The notes under the pieces: model-generated
What the model saw: only the letters and a program-made list of their open reading frames with translations
Told to the model about the DNA's origin: nothing
Databases searched by the model: none
NCBI GenBank assembly: GCA_034226945.1
Contig: CP120460.1
Location: 744,001 to 808,000 of the forward strand
Origin: Picochlorum sp. SENEW3
Taxonomy: Eukaryota
Reading direction: 5' to 3'
DNA: 64,000 bases
Translations under genes and position numbers: made by a program
In this document: positions 1 through 10,990 of the stretch, in pieces
Layout of the letters: every line of letters begins with the position of its first letter
Position numbering within the stretch: position 1 is the stretch's first letter

Positions 1-2
1 AC

Positions 3-752
3 GGGTACTGGTACAGATGGACAGAAGTTTCCGGTCAAAATAAGGATGGAACCGTTGCGTGGACAGAAAGGTGGTGGGAAGTGAGTGATTGGTCTGGCAT
101 GAAGGAATTAGGGGCTGAAAAGTATGGAATTAATGACTCGGGGGATGCATGGCGGGAGACCTGGACGGAAAAAATAAGCATCGATAAAAAGACGAAACAG
201 CCAATGGTACTAAGAAATGCACATAAATGGGCGAGAGCTGCGAATCAGCAGGAATGGGAAGAAAAATGGTCAGAAGTGTACTGGAGTGGTGGAAAGACAG
301 AGAAATGGGCTGACAAGTGGGGACGGGATGGAGGGGATGTCTGGCATGAAACATGGGGAGAAGACTATGATGGATTTGGTGGTTGTGTAAAATGGACCGA
401 TCGATGGGCTGAACGCCCCGATGGGTATGGTGGACTGACCAAGTGGGGAGATAAGTGGAGGGAAGAGTTCAAACATGGTGTGGGGGAGAAGAATGGAGAG
501 ACGTGGCAAGAGATCCCAGGACAAGACAAGTATCAGAGGTGGTGGGGTGAAAATCATTTTGGAGACGGTCATGTCCAAAAACATGGAAACAGCAGTACAG
601 GGGAACATTGGGACGTGACAGAGCACATGGATACATATTATAATCCCATTCCTCACTTTGGATATGATTTGGCATTGGCACACTCCCCGCAGCTTCGGGA
701 GGTGCCTGTTCTGCCAAGAGACGATATTTTAGATTTAGAATTTGAATCTTGA
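3..752 (+). CDS. Trp-rich starch-granule protein of the ESV1/LESV family (5' truncated by window edge)
   Basis: Frame is open from position 3 (GYWYRWTEV...). Very dense W/E repeats (WRETW, AHKWA, WEEKW, KWADKWG, WWGENH) match the EARLY STARVATION1/LESV Trp-rich domain. Confidence 0.8.
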   Translation, partial: GYWYRWTEVSGQNKDGTVAWTERWWEVSDWSGMKELGAEKYGINDSGDAWRETWTEKISIDKKTKQPMVLRNAHKWARAANQQEWEEKWSEVYWSGGKTEKWADKWGRDGGDVWHETWGEDYDGFGGCVKWTDRWAERPDGYGGLTKWGDKWREEFKHGVGEKNGETWQEIPGQDKYQRWWGENHFGDGHVQKHGNSSTGEHWDVTEHMDTYYNPIPHFGYDLALAHSPQLREVPVLPRDDILDLEFES

Positions 753-781
753 GTCACTTCCACATTGAATACGTATTGAAA

Positions 782-786
782 TGTAA
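782..786 (+). promoter_or_regulatory. TGTAA chlorophyte polyadenylation signal (example)
   Basis: TGTAA 30 nt after the stop at 752. The same motif follows several other + strand genes (near 17613, 24634, 32347, 53055, 61876). Confidence 0.55.
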
Positions 787-877
787 ACTGTGCTCAACTG
801 TGGGCATTGAATGTGTGTGTTTATAAAACAACATGCGTGAAACAAAGTATGCTGCTTGATGAATGAATAATTGATGA

Positions 878-1962
878 TCAATACTGAGAAAACAATGATA
901 CACTGATGGAAAAGCAAAACGCAATGCAGGTAGCCCAATATATGCATGCTCTCACTGAATGGGATGATGCAGTATATTCCTCTACCCAAGTGGTCGAAAA
1001 AGGATCAATACGGGTCTCCAGTGGCATGTTCCCCTGCAATCCACTCAAGAGACGCCCATACGCAGCACCTTCATTCGGTTGGATATAGGTAAAACCATTG
1101 CAATTTGTCATACTTCTACAGACTTTAGCCACCGTCTCCAATTCTTCATAAATATGACAGTACTCTTGGTTGTTGGCTGAATAATCCAGCCCTCCAAATG
1201 ATGCAGGAATATCACATGGTGCCAACTCCTTGTCTTGAAGAATTTGTGCTGGATAATAATCAAATCCATCCAACATCGCAGTTCGCTCAAAGTTATTCAC
1301 GGCAGAAGAGACAATATTAGGAACATCAGATGAGAGATACTCCAGAGCATCTTTTCCTTGCACTGTTGATGGCAGTGCATTCCATAGAATGCATCCCTGG
1401 AAGGCCAGCGTCGTCACATTGATACGATCCGCCAAAACGTCAGGAATCTCACAATCGTTCAATCCATTGCAAAATATCCAAAGATTGCATCCACTCGTCT
1501 CAATACACTCTTGGCAGCACCCAACAAGGTTGCTGGACCCTCTTGCCACATTCAGTGACAAGAGCGTACCCTCTCTTGGAATGACCCACCTGTCGAACTG
1601 CAATATGCAACGTCCGCTATCTTCTATAGCACCTGAAAGTACACACATTATATAGGTTTGTTTGTCACTTGACATCCTAAAAACAATGCATCCTCATGCA
1701 GGGAATCTTCGCTCCCGTCGGTTTGTCTCGTGCGACTCACTATCCAGACGCGGACGCCACCGGTGAAGCCTCGTGCGGTATCGGAAGGGATGCGTTTGCG
1801 TTTATTCGGCATAAATATCATTCCGCATGCATTGCATATTATAGTAAACGTACTTGTATTCACAATTTCCTCCGCGTGAGCGACTGTAATGGCCCAAAGC
1901 ACCGCGACGACGGCACACGGTAGAGGGTGTAGCATAGAGTCAGTATGCTTTGACGAAGCCAT
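878..1962 (-). CDS. Secreted/GPI-like Cys-rich protein with PAN/apple-like repeats (multi-exon)
   Basis: Signal peptide in ORF 1648-1962 (CAVVAVLWAITVAHA). Likely intron GTGAGT(1740)..TTTTTAG(1678). Main exon has CCQEC..GCNLWIFC and VCRSMTNCNGFTY motifs and a hydrophobic C-terminus. Exon structure of the 5' part is uncertain. Confidence 0.55.
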
Positions 1963-2285
1963 TCAAAACGAAACAATTTTCATTACAAAATACTGTACAA
2001 TACGCATACATTGATATAGACTGGTACCATTGCTAGATGAATCTTCATCTAATACTCCAAGAGATGTGAGGCAGCTTCTACCTCATCACATCAGATATCT
2101 GCCCATCCTAGACATGGACGCAGTGACACCTCACGTTCGGATTCGTTTTCTTCCTTTACTCGCAAGAATCTCCCCTTTTGATACGAAGTAAGACATTCTA
2201 CAGAAGCATATCCATCTAAGTAGAAGTAGAGCCGCCGTATCGCCTGCGCCACCAGATATGGTTTCAGAACTCGAGTTGCCACGCC

Positions 2286-2879
2286 TTACATCGTTGACTC
2301 TGAACGATCGGCAACCCCAAGCTCTACATCGTTGATGGCATCTTGGTCTTGACTGCCCCCTGGTCCTCTGTTCCCATCTCCCTCGGCCATATAGGTACGA
2401 CACAATGGGCATGAAGAGTGAAGTCTCTGCCGAGATAGAATTCTATAGAAACACCGCTCACACAATTTGTGCGAGCATGACAGGACTATCCACCTCTTGA
2501 TAGACTTGGAGCTCTTGAGACAGACGGGGCAGTCGTCATGGGAATCATCCCCATGGTTCCCTCCAGAAGATGATTCCTTGTGCACGTTAAATACGAATTT
2601 CTCTGGTTCCTCCTTACCAGTCTCGGTCGAGTCTCGCAAGTATCCAGAAATGAGCATCTGTGCTGGAACACTGCCAAAGTCAAATGCTCTCCTGTACTTG
2701 ACATGCCTGTAGATCACATATGCCCCCAGAAATATCAATATCAGTGCCCCTAATATGGCAAGGACGAGCAGAATCACTGGAATATCACACTGAATACCGC
2801 CTGTACACTCAGAGGAAGTTCTCCTGTAGTAGTCCCAAGTCAAATGCCTCGTCGCAGCGTGTGCCATCATGGCAGGCAA
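2286..2879 (-). CDS. Single-pass membrane RING-HC (C3HC4) E3 ubiquitin ligase
   Basis: N-terminal TM helix (IPVILLVLAILGALILIFLGAYVIY) and CPVC..CSHKLCERC..CPLC. Confidence 0.8.
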   Translation of the reverse strand: MPAMMAHAATRHLTWDYYRRTSSECTGGIQCDIPVILLVLAILGALILIFLGAYVIYRHVKYRRAFDFGSVPAQMLISGYLRDSTETGKEEPEKFVFNVHKESSSGGNHGDDSHDDCPVCLKSSKSIKRWIVLSCSHKLCERCFYRILSRQRLHSSCPLCRTYMAEGDGNRGPGGSQDQDAINDVELGVADRSESTM

Positions 2880-3255
2880 ATTTCCTTATTTTCAATACAA
2901 TCTAGATCAAAGAGTATGTGATACAATCACTTTATGAGGGCAGAATTATCAAGCCATGAGAATATTCCGTTTTCTTCTGCTATCGCTGAAACAAATCTGG
3001 CATTTTGTGTCTTTGACAACCACAGCAATTGGTTTTTAATGACTAATGCTGTATATTAATGGTAGGGTACCGGAAGGTTCGCTGAGCAATACTTTGAAGG
3101 GTTTTCTCTGTGGCCAAGAGTCTTCGGCATGGCCCCGGGGGCGCCCTACTTCATGAAGGCTTGCAAGCCAAGCTTGGCAATAATAATGGCCACGCGTATT
3201 GGCCTCCCTGTGCACTCTAACCTTGAGATCATGATGAACGTGTCTTACTCGCCTC

Positions 3256-3276
3256 ATATATATATATATATATATA
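3256..3276. repeat. (AT)n microsatellite
   Basis: Seen directly. Confidence 0.9.
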
Positions 3277-3389
3277 ATATACACCTGGGAATACGTTGAT
3301 GAATACATGAATAAAATGTGGTCTTGAAGGCACCCAAGAAGAAATGTGACTGGTATCTGTTTGTGATTCAAACAGGAGATGATGCCTTG

Positions 3390-6300
3390 TTAGACAATGC
3401 CAGACTGAGGGGACAGAATATCTTCAAACATACGTTCCGTCGGTACTCTCTGAAGAGTTTTCTCTACTTGTTGTAACGTATTCCGATCCAATGAATTTCT
3501 AAAGGAATTTCTCATCGATGCTCTTTCCAAAGAACTTCGAGCTGAGGCCCTGTTGTACTCTCCTGACGTTCTCATGACTGGTGTTGGTGGTTTGTTCTTC
3601 CAACACGCATCTAATTCATATGCTGAAACAGTTTCAATGATGGAGTGTCCGCCAAAGGATACAAAATCTATGCCAGGTTTGTTGGGATCTGGGGCCCTTC
3701 CCCTGTAAATTCTTGTGCTGAGGACTTCTCCTGATCCTGTGAATACTTCCACACACGAATGGTCGATGAATATGCGGAGATGAAGCACATCGTTTTGCTG
3801 CATTGCTAGCGGTCCTCCTACACGCCGTGGTTCGTGGTGCTGCTGCTGTTGGCCGTCCTGTTCCTCTGCTCTCATTGGGGCCGCAAGGTCTTCCAGCAGG
3901 TTTCCGAGATCTTCGTCTTCAATGGCATCGCCACCGTCTTGACTGGCAAGATTTAGCATTGAAGGTGTTGATCGCATAAAACTGTCCATTCGAGAACCTG
4001 CTAGACTATTTGAGTACAATCGAGGGACTGATTGCTGCTGCCTGAAGCTCCCAAAGCTTTCAAAATTAGACATGGATACATTCCTTTGCATTGCCATCGA
4101 CAGAGAGCTTCCTGGTTGAATTTTCATTCCGTCCTGATGAAGTTCGCTGTCGTGAACATCCAGCCCTCTGGGACTGTCTGTTGATGAAAATGGACTGTCC
4201 AGGAGGTCACTTGAGAGAGGAGAGTCTTTCTTCATCGAATCATAATATTGCTGCACCCACATGGTATATATGAAACATCATTCAATATAATAAATATGCT
4301 AAATATAGTCGCACCATGAAAGACCCGGTCCGATTGAGAGATTGGGACGTGCACAGCATTGCTGCTGGGTCACAGGATTCATTGGAATCTTCACTAAATC
4401 TCTGACGCGCATGGGCAGCCATATCTGATATATGTGATGGTTTCCAATTCGCTGGTACATTAAAAATTGCTTCCAACTGGTTTTTACTCCAGTCGTAAAT
4501 TATTGCTGTGGATCCCTCAGCCTCTGCTTCATGAGACCTGAACAAGAGACCTGCTGCTGTAGCCGAACCTCTTTCAATGGAACACTGAACATCCAATCGC
4601 TCACTCTTGACAGATTTTAATGGAAAAACACTGTCATGATAAACCGTCACGTGCTGTGCATGGAATGCACGAGACGTTCTCCGGAGATTATCAATCTCAG
4701 GGGCAGGTGCCTGAATGAGGCGCCCCTCATCTGTGACATGCAATATGCGAGGAACAGTTAGGCAACCAGCATAGGCATACGAGCCTACTTTTCGCCTCTC
4801 TTGCAACCATCCCCACAAAACCCACCTGCCATGCCCATCCTCGCAGACATTTGGGGCATACAGGATGTCACCAAGGTCCAGCCTGTAAGGCCCCTTGGCA
4901 TTATCAATATCAAATTTGGGGCAAGTCGATGAATTCTTTTCCATATGTCCAGTCCAATATAACACTGGATTTGTTGGAGCATCTGGAGACACTGTGAAAA
5001 AGTACCAGTCAGATTCCTCTAGGAAATCAGTAGCAGCAAGCACATCACGAGCATCTTCGACACCAGACCGAGGGTTCCTCCCCACCTGGATCGGTCTGAC
5101 TTGAGATTTCACAAACTCAAAACTATCAGAATCGTCAGCATCTGGTTTCATCGAATTCACCCTGCTTGCTATCGACGGCGCCTCAGACGATCCCGAATCA
5201 TTCTCCTGAGAAACAGAAACCTCCTCCAATTTCTGTGCCAACAAGGACACACTGGGATTCTTCCGCCTTTCCATACTACCCCCACAACTACTAGACGCAA
5301 TCTCACGCGAAATTTCGGATTGTGATCTCGATTCAAAGCCTGCAAGGCTTTGCGCACCAGGAAGCTTTCCAGACCCAAAACTCTGACTTCCATAGAGGGA
5401 ACCCCTCCCAACAGACTTTTTCATCCCAGTGCTACGTGCTAAATCAGCGCTTGACAATTTCTTAGCTACAGATGATGGTTTGGAGAGCCAAAGAGGCGCC
5501 GACCGTCGCGTAGATGCACGTAAACCTTTTGGAATCTTTTTCAACGGGACCAGCAGTGGACACTCCCACACAACACCCGTATCATCAGCAATCCCTTCAC
5601 ACAGTAAACCAAGCAGCTCCCAATCTTTCTGTAAGCTATACGATCCATACACAAGCGCCGTCCCACCTTTATCTTTTATACCGGCACCTATCAGCATGGA
5701 ATAATACGTCTTCCCATCCTTGTTCATTGAAGTAACCACAGAACGATCGCAGATGAATGGATCCCTCCATCCAGTTAAATCAATTCCTTTAGGAGGTAGA
5801 TCTATAAAGGGAATATCGAGCTTCTTCCACTGAACAAGCAACTCGTCGCCCTCATCTTCTGGAACAGCTGCACACTGGCTTTCAATCCACACCATGCCCA
5901 AATCCTGACCGACCGGGGGAAGAGATCCAGCCTCGTGATTACTCCTCAGCCTCACACCAGTATATAATATCATGGGACTCCCGTCTTCACGCAGCGCACA
6001 GCAACCAGAGAAACATCCATCTGCATCCACCCAGTCCGGAGAGGGAACCAACGCAGGAGGCAAATGCTCCCAATGTACCAAATCCTCGCTATACGCATGA
6101 CCCCAGATGATGCCAAAGTCCCATTCACATGCATCAGGTAAATACTGGTAGAACCTGCAACGCAATACGCAGCCCGTGAGTGGAATTGAATAGAATGCCC
6201 GACGACGCGGGTATTGGAATACCCTACGCGTATTCTTCCCCCACGCATTCCCTAAAGCATATTCACGTACATGTGGTATCTTCCTTTGTAATAAATCGGC

Positions 6301-6404
6301 CCATTCGGATCATTCATCCACCCTGCTGGTGGTTGGATGTGAAACTGAGGGCGGTCATCGTCGAAATAGTCCTCTGGGAGGCTTCCTCCATCCCCCCCTA
6401 CCAT
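3390..6404 (-). CDS. GH32 beta-fructofuranosidase/invertase, 3 exons, with large low-complexity insertions
   Basis: Exon 1 (ATG 6404) reads [30 protein letters not shown]. Introns at about 6270-6154 and 4313-4252. Motifs WGHAYS, FSG, WRDP, VWECP, and [13 protein letters not shown] in the C-terminal beta-sandwich. Confidence 0.9.
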
Positions 6405-6891
6405 AATGTATCAATATTGAAGGATCTAAATACTGTTCTATGTAAGATTTAGAGTGAGAGACAGCGCTGCTAGACTGGAATTCGTAGCCCTGACAACCAC
6501 GATGTCCTTCTCTCAGACCAAACTACAACAAGGTCAGACCTCCTTCATCTCGGAAGGATGACCATCCTGCATTGCTTTTCCTTGCTTGCTGCCATCGCTT
6601 GTTCTTCCTCGGGTGGAAAGAGGTTGTGAAAGGGCGATCAAATCCATCATGGATAGCATTGCTATCATTGCAGTTCTGTTCTGCTCCTTGAACAGGGTAT
6701 ATGGATCTCTAGAGATCTGGAAGGAAAACTCCTACTTTAGAATATATAAGAAAGGTTCTCAATGAAACGCCTATTTGTATTTGTTGGGTATTTCTTTGTC
6801 AACCCTTCTCTGCATTCCACAACATGTAATTTGGAATAGAAAGTACTCTCGCTTTTTTTAATATACAATCTCCTACGCGTGGTGACGGCTC

Positions 6892-9249
6892 ATGGTATGG
6901 TTTGGCCTCTTGGTGGTTGTGCTCTTCGTGGGAGTTGCACTGGCGTGCAGGTTTTCTTCAGCCCATGATACAACGACAGCGTGTATCCAGAGTCTCTTGT
7001 CTCTGATTGGGATAGGTGTGCATCGTCGACGATCAGCGAAGGATCAACGAGGTGTTGCAAAGGCTGGAGGAGAGTGTGTGTATGCTGATTACGCAGGAAA
7101 CGCCCCAGTTGATACGGGACTCTTGGATGCATGTTTCCACGAGCTGCGCACCCATTCTCATGAATATAGAAACCCGCATAGTGTCGATGATGGGCTGGAA
7201 CATACAGACGCTACAAGTGTTCGCGCAATAGATGAGCTGAGGAAGAAGACCCTGGCGTATTGCAAGGCACAGGATGATGAGTATGCTTGCATCATCACAC
7301 ATGGTGCAACGTCAGCGTGTAAAATAGTGGCGGATTGCTTTCCTTGGAGCCATAGAAATGGTTTTTGGTACTTGATGGATAATCATACGAGTGTCTTTGG
7401 AATGAAAGGATGTGCAGAAGCAAAGGGTGCCAGCACAAGGGCTGTGTTTGCAGAAGAGGTGTTGCATGCAGTGGAAGAAAGGGGGAGTTCCGTCGGTGGC
7501 GTGGGACTTTTCGCTATGCCTTTGGAATCAAATTTTTCTGGTAGACGGTACAGTATGGATCTAGTTCATTCTATTCAGTATGGAAAATATGGAGAAAAAT
7601 ATGGAAACGGTCGGCAACGCATGCGGGTGTTGCTTGATGCAGCCAAGGCATGTGCATCGTATCCTCCAGATCTCTCTGGAGATGTGAAGCCTGATTTTGT
7701 GGTGCTGTCGTATTATAAAGTATTTGGATATCCAACAGGTTTAGGCGCTCTTATTGCTCGTCGAGATGCACTGCGCGAATTTTCACCCACGTATGTTGGT
7801 GGTGGGACGGTTGATTTTTTTGTAGCTCGGGAGGGTGTGTGCGATAGAAAGAAGGGCGAGGAGGCATTTGAAGACGGTACCCTCTCCTATTATAGCATTC
7901 CTTGTGCATGTATTGGGTTTGATTGGTTTGCACAGAATGTGGGGTCTGCATCTGAGATTGATGCTTCCTCTGTGTCAGTGGCAAAAAGGTGTGCAGAGCG
8001 ATTGATTGGGCTTCGACATGCTAATGGCAGGCCCATTTGCCGTGTTTATGGTGCATGGGAGGATGTAATGAATACATCGATTGAAGATTGTCGTACACGC
8101 CAAGGTCCAACGGTCTCCTTTAATGTATTTGATCAGTTTGGTGACGCATATGGCTGTCGACAAGTCAATCGCATGGCTTCTGTGTGTGGTATATCTTTGC
8201 GAGCAGGTGCTCTATGCAATTCGGGTGGATTGATAGAGGCGTTAGGAATACCTTCGAGTGAGATGATACGGTGGAGAAATCTTGGATATACGTGCGATGG
8301 GCAAGTTGATTCAATTGATGGAGTAACGACTGGGGTGGTGAGAGCATCATTTGGATACCAGTCTGTACCTGCGGATGCAGATCGTATCGCTGCTTTTGTC
8401 CAGAAGTACTTTATGGATACTTCTTCTATAAGTATGGATTTGGCAGGAAAAAAAGAGTCATCTGAGTTGGTATCACGAGTTCATGTGGAAGCCATGTATA
8501 TATACCCAATCAAATCGTGTCAACCACAGCAGGTTTGTTCCTGGCCCCTGGGACATGATGGACTTCAATATGATCGTTTCTGGAAGATTGTTGATGCTAA
8601 CGACCGAACCATATCTTTGAAAACGTGTCCATTATTGTGCAAAGTGAAGCCAGTTGTATCGACCAAAGAGGAAACGCTTCAAATCTTTTTTGATAAGGAA
8701 CATGACTGTGTCACTGTGCCACTGCACGGTGGGAATGCGCAGTATTCAGAAGTGAATGCATGGCTATCTTCAAAGCTAGGAATATCATGCACACTTGTAG
8801 ATCAGCGATCAAACGAATCGGGAAAGAATTACAGCAAACAAGGAGACTGCCTTGTTTTATTCAAAAGTTCGATCAAGTACCTGCACTCAATGAGTGGATG
8901 CTCAGAGGATTTGGAAACATTTACACAACGGTTGAGGCCGAATCTGGTATTGTCAGGCTCACACAATAACCAAGATGCTGCATTTGAGGACGATAAATGG
9001 CAAATGCTTGCTGCAAGGGACGGAGATATTGTTGGTAGGAAAACCAAACAATGCACTAGGTGTGGCGTAATATGCATGGATCCACATACTGGCAAACAGA
9101 GCAAGAACATGGAGCCTTTGAGATCCATCATGAGTGCCAAACAGGAGTATTCTCGGAAGGAGAAATGTTCGTTTGGATCACTGTTTTCATTCAATGGAAG
9201 CAAAGGCATGGTGATGCAATGTGGGATGGAGTTCAACACCATTGACTGA
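6892..9249 (+). CDS. ABA3: Molybdenum cofactor sulfurase (NifS-like PLP domain + MOSC domain)
   Basis: YADYAG, NPHS, DNHTSV, LDAAK, SYYKVFGYPTGLG, RAGALCN, VRASFG, then IYPIKSC..YDR and RLRPNLV..CTRC. Confidence 0.92.
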   Translation: MVWFGLLVVVLFVGVALACRFSSAHDTTTACIQSLLSLIGIGVHRRRSAKDQRGVAKAGGECVYADYAGNAPVDTGLLDACFHELRTHSHEYRNPHSVDDGLEHTDATSVRAIDELRKKTLAYCKAQDDEYACIITHGATSACKIVADCFPWSHRNGFWYLMDNHTSVFGMKGCAEAKGASTRAVFAEEVLHAVEERGSSVGGVGLFAMPLESNFSGRRYSMDLVHSIQYGKYGEKYGNGRQRMRVLLDAAKACASYPPDLSGDVKPDFVVLSYYKVFGYPTGLGALIARRDALREFSPTYVGGGTVDFFVAREGVCDRKKGEEAFEDGTLSYYSIPCACIGFDWFAQNVGSASEIDASSVSVAKRCAERLIGLRHANGRPICRVYGAWEDVMNTSIEDCRTRQGPTVSFNVFDQFGDAYGCRQVNRMASVCGISLRAGALCNSGGLIEALGIPSSEMIRWRNLGYTCDGQVDSIDGVTTGVVRASFGYQSVPADADRIAAFVQKYFMDTSSISMDLAGKKESSELVSRVHVEAMYIYPIKSCQPQQVCSWPLGHDGLQYDRFWKIVDANDRTISLKTCPLLCKVKPVVSTKEETLQIFFDKEHDCVTVPLHGGNAQYSEVNAWLSSKLGISCTLVDQRSNESGKNYSKQGDCLVLFKSSIKYLHSMSGCSEDLETFTQRLRPNLVLSGSHNNQDAAFEDDKWQMLAARDGDIVGRKTKQCTRCGVICMDPHTGKQSKNMEPLRSIMSAKQEYSRKEKCSFGSLFSFNGSKGMVMQCGMEFNTID

Positions 9250-9508
9250 CCAGGTCCTGAAACAATACTTTCCATATAGATGACGAACGAATGCGAACAC
9301 CTCAATTATTGTACGTATAGCTAAAATTATTATTGTTACAACTCAACACAACAGAAAGTAGTATATATATCAAATGGATTGCTTCTTCTTGATCTGTAGC
9401 ACTCTCAATTTGCATTTTGCACCCTGAAATTAAAGAAAAGAAAGCACACCTCTGTACGTATATTTCATTCAACCCATATTATTAGTATTCTTATCAACTC
9501 ATAGTATA

Positions 9509-10630
9509 TCAAATATCTCTGAATCGAGAGCTATGTCGACGATACAGCCCATGTTTATGACTGTCTCCCGCTGCTTGATGATGATCTGGATTCTCAAAGA
9601 CGTGATCTTGTAAATCTTTGAGAGCAGCAATATTCTGAAGAAATTCTGCCGATGGAACACCCTTTGGTGACCGCTTCCGCTCGTGTGCTTTGGGTTTCAT
9701 TTCAGATGTCGCCTTTGGGGACTCTTTGGACTTCATAATGGAGTCCAACATGGACGCTGAAAGTTCTGGAAGAGGATCAGGAGTCGTCCGTGCCCTACTC
9801 ATCCTTGGTATGGGCATAGCTTCAGAGCAGCTGCTTCCACCAGGTGATACATCACATATGTGCATTCCCTCCATGGTAGAATGTGTCTTCTGCTTCTCAG
9901 CTGGCTTGGGTGCTTTTTTTGCCCACGCATATCCTCTTCCACGTCTTGTTAATTCTCCTGGCGCCCTGCATGATAATGTCCGAACGAGTTCGCCATTGTC
10001 ATCCAGTTGTGTTGGAGTTTGATCGATATCGTCAATCTTGGACCCTGCAATATTCAGACTCTTCAGTCTCGACATTCGTGTGTCAAATGCAGTCTTCTCC
10101 AGCAACTCCTTGGTCAACCTGCTGGGAGCTCTCTCCATGCTACTCTTATACGTATGCATTGATGGATGTCCAAATGAACATTTATGCGAGTGTTCGTGTA
10201 CATCATCCGTCGACAAATCGCACATAGCTGTATCGTTAGAAAAAGGAGAGAACAAGTCATCCTGGAGATCCTGTGTCACTGAAGGAGGGGTTCCACCTCT
10301 CGCGGAATCACTCGGGGATTTCTGCTCCCCGTCCTCGATGTACGTATCTACCTCTTCTTCTTCAAAATTTCCAACAACCGAGTCCTCCGTTCTCGGAGAC
10401 GAGATCCGTGGATTGTCGCACGAATCTCCGCTATTCGCTTGTTCCCGTGCGCAGTGCTCACAAGAGGTCGAAAACCCGACCACGCGTTGCATTTTCAAGT
10501 CTGGAGTTATACAGTGCACAGGAGAATTCCCCAACCTGCGCTTCCAATAGCCACAGGATTCGATACTGTCGCCAACGTGTTTCGCGAGGTTGTTTGTCAA
10601 AACAATCCGCTGCCCCTTCAAATCGTCCAT
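9509..10630 (-). CDS. Hypothetical Ser-rich, probably disordered protein (start may be the internal MQRVVGF)
   Basis: Long 373-aa ORF with no recognisable domain. Confidence 0.55.
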   Translation of the reverse strand: MDDLKGQRIVLTNNLAKHVGDSIESCGYWKRRLGNSPVHCITPDLKMQRVVGFSTSCEHCAREQANSGDSCDNPRISSPRTEDSVVGNFEEEEVDTYIEDGEQKSPSDSARGGTPPSVTQDLQDDLFSPFSNDTAMCDLSTDDVHEHSHKCSFGHPSMHTYKSSMERAPSRLTKELLEKTAFDTRMSRLKSLNIAGSKIDDIDQTPTQLDDNGELVRTLSCRAPGELTRRGRGYAWAKKAPKPAEKQKTHSTMEGMHICDVSPGGSSCSEAMPIPRMSRARTTPDPLPELSASMLDSIMKSKESPKATSEMKPKAHERKRSPKGVPSAEFLQNIAALKDLQDHVFENPDHHQAAGDSHKHGLYRRHSSRFRDI

Positions 10631-10990
10631 CCACCTCCTATCCCACGAAATAATACCAGTATTACTTTGCTTGCTATAATATTTAATGGATCACAAGGTA
10701 CAATTTCTGTCCCAATAAACGTGCACTCGCCTTCTTCACGAAGAGTACACGTCAGACTTTTCGCACGCCGACACCCCGTCTCGGCGCTACAATACGCAAC
10801 CAATATAAGTATTTACTATAATATTTTTAAAATATGCAATTGATTTCGTTACACGAGGCGAGCACGGCGTCGCTATCTGCATATTAACCAAAAGATGACA
10901 GCCCACCGGGAGCGGTGCAATCTGAGCCTCCATTTTGGGCGCCCTATCCCCGATTGCATTAAGCGCGCCCATTCCATCCTGTGGAGAGCA

